A stretch of 64,000 nucleotides of DNA from NCBI GenBank assembly GCA_965261395.1, contig OZ253462.1, positions 5,888,001 to 5,952,000 of the forward strand, read 5' to 3'. Of the stretch, positions 57,841-64,000 are shown piece by piece. The notes beneath the pieces were generated by a model that saw only the letters and a program-made list of their open reading frames with translations, did not search any database and was not told where the DNA came from. Numbering within the stretch: the first letter of the stretch is position 1; the number at the start of each line of letters is the position of its first letter. Source of the DNA: Candidatus Latescibacterota bacterium (GTDB taxonomy: Bacteria; Latescibacterota; UBA2968; UBA8231). The translations under genes and the position numbers were made by a program.

Positions 57841-59823
57841 ATGACTGAGGCTCGACATAAAGAAAACACAAGTCCCCTCCAATCTGGGACCGCATCCGGG
57901 GCGAGCGGCATCACGCTACGGAGCATCTTGATCGGAGCGGTGCTTTCCTTTTTCCTCAATTTTCTGGACGTCTACGCCACCACCATGATCCGCGGGTCGT
58001 ACCTCACTTTGAACTTCAGTACGCCGGCGGCCCTGTTCTTCTTTTTTTTTCTGGTCCTAGCCAACGGGCTGGTAGCCCTTATTCGCAGACCTCTGGCCCT
58101 GACCCAGGCCGAACAGATCACCATTTACATCATGCTGATAATAGCCTGCTGTATTCCCGGCATGGGGTTCACGCAGTTCATGATTCCCTGCTTAGTGGGC
58201 TCCAGTTATTACGCCACGCCGGAAAACGGCTGGGATGAGTCCTACAATCAACACATCGCCTCATGGATGATCCCGCAAGGCGAAAACGTCGTGCGGTTCT
58301 TCTTTGAAGGACTGCCCCAAGGTGCCTCGACTCCCTGGGTGCCCTGGATCTATCCGCTGGCCTGTTGGTACGGCTTTTTTTTGGCGCTCTGCGCGGCCAT
58401 GATTTTCAGTATGGTTATTCTTCGCAAGCAATGGATGGACCGGGAAAGGCTGGTGTATCCGCTGGCGCAGGTGCCGATGGAGATGATCCAACAGGAGAAG
58501 GGCGGGATCGTCGGCAGGTCCTTTTTCGCGAATAGAATCATGTGGACGGGTTTCGCCTTCTCATTCATTCTGCTAAGCGTCAACGGTCTGCATGCTCATT
58601 TCCCATTTTTCCCGGCAATCGAGCGCCATGCAAGTCTCCTTCTGTTCCGCAATGAGGTCGCCATGGAGTTCTGGCTCAACCCTCCCTGGATCGGCTTCTT
58701 CTACTTCGTCAATCTCGATATCTCCGCCTCCATCTGGGTCTTCTATACCCTCACCACAATTCAACGCGGCATCTTCAGCATGATCGGTCTACAGAGTACG
58801 CACCGGTTGGATGAATACGCGCCCGACCCTTTTTCCGCTCACCAGGGAATGGGGGCCATGATCGTCTTCGTGGGGGTCGGGCTCTGGGTTGCCCGCAGGC
58901 ATTTGCGAGAAGTAGCCAACAAGGCTTGCCGACGGGATTTCGAGACGGACGATTCGGCCGAGATGCTATCCTACCGGCAGGCCTTTTTCGGTTTGCTTAT
59001 CTCGCTATCCCTGGTCGTTATGGGGTTGTGGATGAGCGGTCTCCCGCTCCTGATGGCACTGATATTCACCCTCGGTGCCATGGTGCTTTACCTGGGCCTG
59101 ACTCGCGCCGTGGCCGAAGGCGGTCTACCGGCAATGCGGCCACCGATCACCACGGCTAGCTTTCTCGTTGCCGGGGCGGGCACTTCCTCTTTGGGAGCCG
59201 AAGGCTTGGTGGCTTTGGGGTTCACCTACGGATGGCATGCTGAGATCCGCTCTTTTGTGATGTCTTCGGTGGCCAACGGGTTGAAGATAAGTCAGGCTTT
59301 CAAAGGCTCGAAACGGCGTCTTTTCTGGGTTGTAATCACTGCTATTCTAGTCAGTCTGGCCGCATCGACTTATATGACTTTGCACCTGTCGTATAAATAC
59401 GGGGGAATCAACCTCAACCCACTCTGGTACGGCTGGGGAGCGGCGAGGGCTGGACCTGCGAATATGGCTCCGCGCATAGCTGGCGAACCTACTGGCCCTC
59501 TTGCCGAGGCCTGGATCTTCATGGGCATGGGCGGCACCGCGATGGCGCTGTTGATGTGGGCCCGGCAACACTTGCTCTGGTGGCCCCTCAGTCCACTAGG
59601 TTATATGATCAGCGCCAACTGGAAGACGGCCCACATCGCCTTCAGCGCGTATCTCGCTTGGCTGATCAAGTTGCTGCTACTGAAATATGGAGGGCCTAAA
59701 CTGTACCGAGGTGCCCGCCCGTTCTTCACGGGGCTGATCGCGGGAGAAATCGTCGCGGCTGCCATCTGGCTGGTCATCGATTATATAACCGGGCACACGG
59801 ATAGTTTCCTCACCCAGATATAG
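57841..59823 (+). CDS. Polytopic inner-membrane protein (DUF6785/DUF6784-like, putative transporter)
   Basis: Many hydrophobic segments; ILRKQWMDRERLVYPL, RAVAEGG, WWPLSPLGY, KYGGPKLYRGARPFFTGLIAGE. Family name recalled from motif similarity only. Confidence 0.7.
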   Translation: MTEARHKENTSPLQSGTASGASGITLRSILIGAVLSFFLNFLDVYATTMIRGSYLTLNFSTPAALFFFFFLVLANGLVALIRRPLALTQAEQITIYIMLIIACCIPGMGFTQFMIPCLVGSSYYATPENGWDESYNQHIASWMIPQGENVVRFFFEGLPQGASTPWVPWIYPLACWYGFFLALCAAMIFSMVILRKQWMDRERLVYPLAQVPMEMIQQEKGGIVGRSFFANRIMWTGFAFSFILLSVNGLHAHFPFFPAIERHASLLLFRNEVAMEFWLNPPWIGFFYFVNLDISASIWVFYTLTTIQRGIFSMIGLQSTHRLDEYAPDPFSAHQGMGAMIVFVGVGLWVARRHLREVANKACRRDFETDDSAEMLSYRQAFFGLLISLSLVVMGLWMSGLPLLMALIFTLGAMVLYLGLTRAVAEGGLPAMRPPITTASFLVAGAGTSSLGAEGLVALGFTYGWHAEIRSFVMSSVANGLKISQAFKGSKRRLFWVVITAILVSLAASTYMTLHLSYKYGGINLNPLWYGWGAARAGPANMAPRIAGEPTGPLAEAWIFMGMGGTAMALLMWARQHLLWWPLSPLGYMISANWKTAHIAFSAYLAWLIKLLLLKYGGPKLYRGARPFFTGLIAGEIVAAAIWLVIDYITGHTDSFLTQI

Positions 59824-59957
59824 GACTCTCTCGATTGATGTACAGGCAAAGACCAGTATTTTGAGGGAATTGGATACGCAATATGCACCAATCCGCAAAT
59901 TCCTATCTATAGGGAATCGCACTGCGTCAACACTACTCAATCAAGCGAGGCCCCGAT

Positions 59958-61130
59958 ATGAGCCAACTTCGCACTGCCGTCGTCGGCGTCAAAGGCGTCG
60001 GCCGCGGCCATCTGCAGTCCATCCGCCAACATGCGCGGACTGACCTAGTCGCGGTCGCCGATCTCGACGCAGCCGCGGCGCGCGCCGCCGTAGGTGACAC
60101 GAGCGCCCGTGCCTATGCCGACTTCGACGCGCTGCTCGCCAGCGAGACCGATCTCGACGCGGCCGTCCTAGCTACGCCCCATCACCTGCACGCCCCCATG
60201 GCCCTAGCCGCCCTCGAGCGCGGTCTGCACGTGTACGTGGAGAAACCGATTGCGACTAGGATCTCTGACGCGGATAGTCTCGTCGCCACGGCGGCTCAGG
60301 CCGGTCGCATCCTCGCCGTTGGACATCAGTACCGCACCTACCGCGGCAATCTGCGACTGAAGCAGCTAGTGGATTCGGGTGTCATTGGCGATGTGCAGCG
60401 CGTCGTCTGGCAGTGGCTGGAACTCCGGGCGGAGGCTTACTACGCCCGCGATCGCTGGCGCTGCACTTGGGAGCACGCCGGCGGTGGCGTCCTGCTGAAC
60501 CAAGCGAGCCATGACATCGACCTAATCTGTTGGCTGTTCGGTCCGCCCGCTGAGGTCACTGCCGTCGTCGGCAATCGCGGACATCAGCACGAGGTGGAGG
60601 ACACGGCCATTGCCACGGTGCGCTTCCACTCGGGGGTGATCGCCAGCTTGCAGTTTAGCACCTGGGACCGCTGCCTCAACTACCGGCAGATCGCCGGTGA
60701 GCGCGGCAGCATTCTGTTTCAGGACGAGCGCAACGCCAACGTCCCCGGCGCGCCCGACCTGTTCCGCCTCGTCCGCTACCAGCATCCCCTCGCGGCCATG
60801 ATTGCTGGCGGCGCACAGCCCGTGGGACGGCTCGACCTAAGCTGGGAAGACGTCGATTGTGCCGACGCCGATTCGCCGACCCTGTTCGACAGCTTCGCGA
60901 CGGCGGCCCTCGACGGTGGGACGCCGATCACGGACGGTGCCAGTGCCCGCGTGACGACGGAGCTGATCTGCGGGATCCTACTGGCCGGGTTGCGGCGGCA
61001 GGTGGTCACCTTTCCGGTGGACCGCGCTGCTTTTGACGAACTGATGGACGAACTGATTGCGGGGAAAGTGCAGGTGCCGAGGCTGTCAGATGGGGCACCT
61101 CACTGCGACGTACCTTTGCAGCAGCGTTGA
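59958..61130 (+). CDS. Gfo/Idh/MocA family oxidoreductase
   Basis: ATPHHLH, HVYVEKP, GGGVLLNQASHDID. Confidence 0.92.
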   Translation: MSQLRTAVVGVKGVGRGHLQSIRQHARTDLVAVADLDAAAARAAVGDTSARAYADFDALLASETDLDAAVLATPHHLHAPMALAALERGLHVYVEKPIATRISDADSLVATAAQAGRILAVGHQYRTYRGNLRLKQLVDSGVIGDVQRVVWQWLELRAEAYYARDRWRCTWEHAGGGVLLNQASHDIDLICWLFGPPAEVTAVVGNRGHQHEVEDTAIATVRFHSGVIASLQFSTWDRCLNYRQIAGERGSILFQDERNANVPGAPDLFRLVRYQHPLAAMIAGGAQPVGRLDLSWEDVDCADADSPTLFDSFATAALDGGTPITDGASARVTTELICGILLAGLRRQVVTFPVDRAAFDELMDELIAGKVQVPRLSDGAPHCDVPLQQR

Positions 61131-61161
61131 ACCCAAGAGTTATATAATCTTTTTTAGGCCG

Positions 61162-61216
61162 CAAAAAGGGGGGTTACCGAGCGAATCGGAACCCCCCTTC
61201 GTCGTTGTAATTACTA
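61162..61216 (-). ncRNA. Candidate ~55-nt small RNA with its own promoter and terminator
   Basis: Minus strand TTGACA(61250-61245)-N17-TATTTT(61227-61222), then hairpin GGGGGGTTCCGA-TTCGC-TCGGTAACCCCCC followed by TTTTT. Confidence 0.45.
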
Positions 61217-61289
61217 TAAATAAAATACTGATTGTCTTTGCTTTTGTCAAGGGGTATATGTACGTAAGTCATTTATAAATAAATACTTA

Positions 61290-61317
61290 TTGACAGTTTG
61301 TCAAGTCTCCTTATCTT
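61290..61317 (+). promoter_or_regulatory. Putative promoter of the S9 peptidase gene with an overlapping palindrome
   Basis: TTGACA-N16-TATCTT; TTGACA-GTT-TGTCAA inverted repeat at 61290-61304. Confidence 0.5.
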
Positions 61318-61367
61318 ATCACATCCGCCCGATCTTAACGCTACATCAAACTAGGAGATGTGATGCC

Positions 61368-63542
61368 ATGCGACCATTCACCGTGGACGACTTGCTGAAG
61401 CTCAATCAGTTTGCCCATCGCTGCCCATGGGATCTCTCTCCGGATGGAGAGTTACTCGCGGTTACGCTGAGCGAGGCGAACCGACGCGAACCGCTCGGCG
61501 ATGGGAGCAGTTCCCGCACGATCCACGGCGTCCATTTTGAAGCGAATGGTGCCCACCTCCTCCTGCTCGACACGGCGACCGGCGAATCGATAGTTCCGTT
61601 TCCCGACGCACCTATGAGTTGGGCGGGTAGGTGGTCGCCAGACGGACAGACCCTCGCCGCATTCGTGGTTGCTTCTCAGACCCAAGCCTGTGTCGGCTTG
61701 TGGGACCGACGGACACGCAAAGTGCGCCTGTTCCGGGACGCTGTCGTCCACTGTGGTCTGAACTTCTGCGTTCCCCAGTGGACACCGGATGGCCTCCGCA
61801 TTGTAGCGACGCTCGTTCCTGCGGATACCCAAGCGACAGTATCTCCCACAGACCCCGACGTCATCGTTCGCTCCTATGACCCGAAAGAGCTAGACGCCGA
61901 TCAGAACCAACCATTCTTTCAACGGCGAGACGCAAGCATGTGTGTGGGTGTTGTGGATGTTAAGTCTGGTGCTATTGCTCGCTACGGGTCTGGTTTGAAG
62001 TTCAACATTCCTCGTTTGGCCCCGAACGGGCGGGCTGTGGCCCTGCTCAACTATATCAAGAGTCCTGTAGGTGGCCGCTCTCACTACGTCCACGACCTCT
62101 TAGTGGTACCGGTCGATGGGAGCGAACCCCATGTCGTCGCGAAAGACGTCCAGGTCAACAGCTATGCAAGCTGTCTCTCATGGTCGCCGGACAGTGAGAT
62201 GATCTGCTTTGTCACGGGAGCCGCGAAAGAACCGCACCATCTCTGGGTTGCCCCGGCGGACGCCTCGGCGGAGCCTACCATGCTGGCAGCGTTGGAGTCG
62301 GCTCCGCATCCCTATCAGGCACCTTGGTGGAGCGCCGACGGCAAGCGCCTCGTCTGGCTGCAAGATGGCGCACTGCATGCTTTCTCTGTTGATGAGAGAA
62401 CTGGTTATCGCCTCTCCGAAGATCCAGGCACTACTCAACTCCATGTCGATCTCCTCTTGCAACGTCACGGGGAATCCGTCCTGCAAACGGATGATCGGGG
62501 CGATTTTTATGGACACGCTCGCAACGGTCGGGATGACTCCTGTGTCGTCCGTATCAATGCTGATTCTGGAAAAACAACGGCCGTCCGATCACTGCCGCTT
62601 CCGGCTGCAAACGAATTCACGACCGCAGCGACCGGCGAGCTCTTTTTTATACGTGGTATTACGATCGGTGATGAGGTGGTTGATGCGTACCCGATGGATG
62701 GAGGAACGCCAAAGACGCTGCTCACACTGAACCCCTGGCGCAAGGAGACGGAGGCTCCCTCGCGGCGGATCATCGAGTTTGAAGATGTGAATGGTCGAAC
62801 GCAGAGGGCAGCGATCTTCACACCATTAGGAGCAGAAGACAGAGGCGCGCTACCAATGGTCGTGACCGTCTATCCAGGCAGGACGAACTCGGAGCGCCAC
62901 GTACCCGGACTCGACTTATACGACTTGGAGATTGAATTGCTCACCGGCGCAGGCTACGCAGCGATGTACCCAGATGCCATCATAGAGGACCATGACCCGA
63001 TCGCCCAGATTGCAGGGGTAACGCTCCCGGCTGTCCAGCGAGCGGTAGAGATGGGTCTTGCCGACTCAGAGCGAGTCGGCGTACGAGGCCACAGTTATGG
63101 TGGGTATGCCGTAGTGGCACTGCTCACCCAAACCAACGCCTTTAGCGCTGGTGTCGCCAATGCCCCTACGGGAGTCAACATGACGAGCACCTATGTTGCG
63201 AATTTCAATGCAATGCGGTGGTGCGAATTCCCCGGAGGACGCACCGGAGGCACACCCTGGGAAAAACGAGAGAAGTACATCGAAAACTCACCGTTTTTCC
63301 TCCTCGACCAGGTTGAGACACCGCTGATGCTTGTGTGCGGGAGCAAGGATGAACCCGCCGCCATGAGCGCCCGTGAGACCTTCTTGGCGTTGAGGCGGTT
63401 GGGCAAGCGCGTAGAAATGAGAGAGTACCAGCGCGAATCACACATCATGACGTGGTCTGCTGCTGATACTAGGGACTACTACGAGAGCGTGCTCAGGTGG
63501 TTTGACCAGTATCTCACGCTTAGCCCAATTGAGAGGAGATAA
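61368..63542 (+). CDS. S9 family (prolyl oligopeptidase/acylaminoacyl) peptidase
   Basis: RBS AGGAG; WSPDG propeller repeats; GHSYGG nucleophile, GSKD, RESH. Confidence 0.88.
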   Translation: MRPFTVDDLLKLNQFAHRCPWDLSPDGELLAVTLSEANRREPLGDGSSSRTIHGVHFEANGAHLLLLDTATGESIVPFPDAPMSWAGRWSPDGQTLAAFVVASQTQACVGLWDRRTRKVRLFRDAVVHCGLNFCVPQWTPDGLRIVATLVPADTQATVSPTDPDVIVRSYDPKELDADQNQPFFQRRDASMCVGVVDVKSGAIARYGSGLKFNIPRLAPNGRAVALLNYIKSPVGGRSHYVHDLLVVPVDGSEPHVVAKDVQVNSYASCLSWSPDSEMICFVTGAAKEPHHLWVAPADASAEPTMLAALESAPHPYQAPWWSADGKRLVWLQDGALHAFSVDERTGYRLSEDPGTTQLHVDLLLQRHGESVLQTDDRGDFYGHARNGRDDSCVVRINADSGKTTAVRSLPLPAANEFTTAATGELFFIRGITIGDEVVDAYPMDGGTPKTLLTLNPWRKETEAPSRRIIEFEDVNGRTQRAAIFTPLGAEDRGALPMVVTVYPGRTNSERHVPGLDLYDLEIELLTGAGYAAMYPDAIIEDHDPIAQIAGVTLPAVQRAVEMGLADSERVGVRGHSYGGYAVVALLTQTNAFSAGVANAPTGVNMTSTYVANFNAMRWCEFPGGRTGGTPWEKREKYIENSPFFLLDQVETPLMLVCGSKDEPAAMSARETFLALRRLGKRVEMREYQRESHIMTWSAADTRDYYESVLRWFDQYLTLSPIERR

Positions 63543-64000
63543 ATGAGCACGGCATACCCGACCAAGTGCATCTGCACACACTTATGGCTACTCTGGATGA
63601 TAGGGGCTGCGCTCGTCGTTGCGTCGTCTGCACCGGCCCACGAAAAGGCTGGCGAAAAGGGGGTCCAGGCCTTTAGGACGCACCTCCGGCCAACCATCGA
63701 CGGCGTCCTAGACGATGCGGACTGGAAGCGGGCTACACCGGCGACGGGATTCATATTGATCGAACCCGAAGAGGGCGTCGCCGCGACCAACCAAACCTTT
63801 ATACATGTACTCTATGACGCCGATTACCTGTACATCGGCCTCAATATGATTGATGCGGAGCCTGGGAATATAAAGGGGCGCATCATGCAGCGGGACGGCA
63901 CGTTCTCCCCGTTAGACCTCGTTGGCCTCGTCTTAGATACCTATCACGACCATCAGAATGCCTACGGGTTCTATATAAATGCCTACGGCGTCCAGAACGA
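63543..64000 (+). CDS. Secreted CBM9-like (DUF5916-type) protein, 3'-partial
   Basis: Manual translation: PTIDGVLDDADW...VLYDADYLYIG...LDTYHDHQNAYGFYINAYGVQ; RBS GAGGAG. Confidence 0.8.
   Translation, partial: MSTAYPTKCICTHLWLLWMIGAALVVASSAPAHEKAGEKGVQAFRTHLRPTIDGVLDDADWKRATPATGFILIEPEEGVAATNQTFIHVLYDADYLYIGLNMIDAEPGNIKGRIMQRDGTFSPLDLVGLVLDTYHDHQNAYGFYINAYGVQN

Overview
GC-rich bacterial window. The gene content (eukaryote-like LRR/WD40/cadherin/FN3 proteins, FlgD-type C-terminal domains, sulfatase, PhyH, ABC importers) suggests a Latescibacterota/Poribacteria-like, possibly sponge-associated organism; this is inference. Left third (1-23.5 kb): a duplicated, rearranged array of large secreted repeat proteins with two near-identical wHTH-WYL regulators. 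One is a >2100-aa metalloprotease-LRR protein absent from the ORF track because it runs off the window edge. A conserved ~68-bp element (GGACA-N5-TGTCC-type palindrome, TAT(C/A)TT box, RBS, ATGCC) occurs four times: before both WYL genes and before two secreted-protein genes where WYL appears deleted. This is the best candidate for a new system, a WYL-controlled, module-shuffling surface/effector locus. A 172-bp duplicate of the 3' end of a sugar-isomerase gene brackets ~14.5 kb of it. Middle (23.5-47.4 kb): catabolic and ABC clusters (isomerase, PhyH, enolase, Opp-type ABC, atypical GH2, sulfatase, M24 peptidase, two DUF2341-LamG/FDGRY-propeller paralogs, sugar ABC, parvulin, amidohydrolase). 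Right (47.7-64 kb): an uncharacterised envelope operon (CBM9-like protein, three paralogous PNPFTPNGDG-type proteins, a putative OM barrel, a polytopic membrane protein), then an oxidoreductase, a candidate sRNA, an S9 peptidase and a partial CBM9-like gene. No rRNA, tRNA, CRISPR, integrase or transposase was seen.
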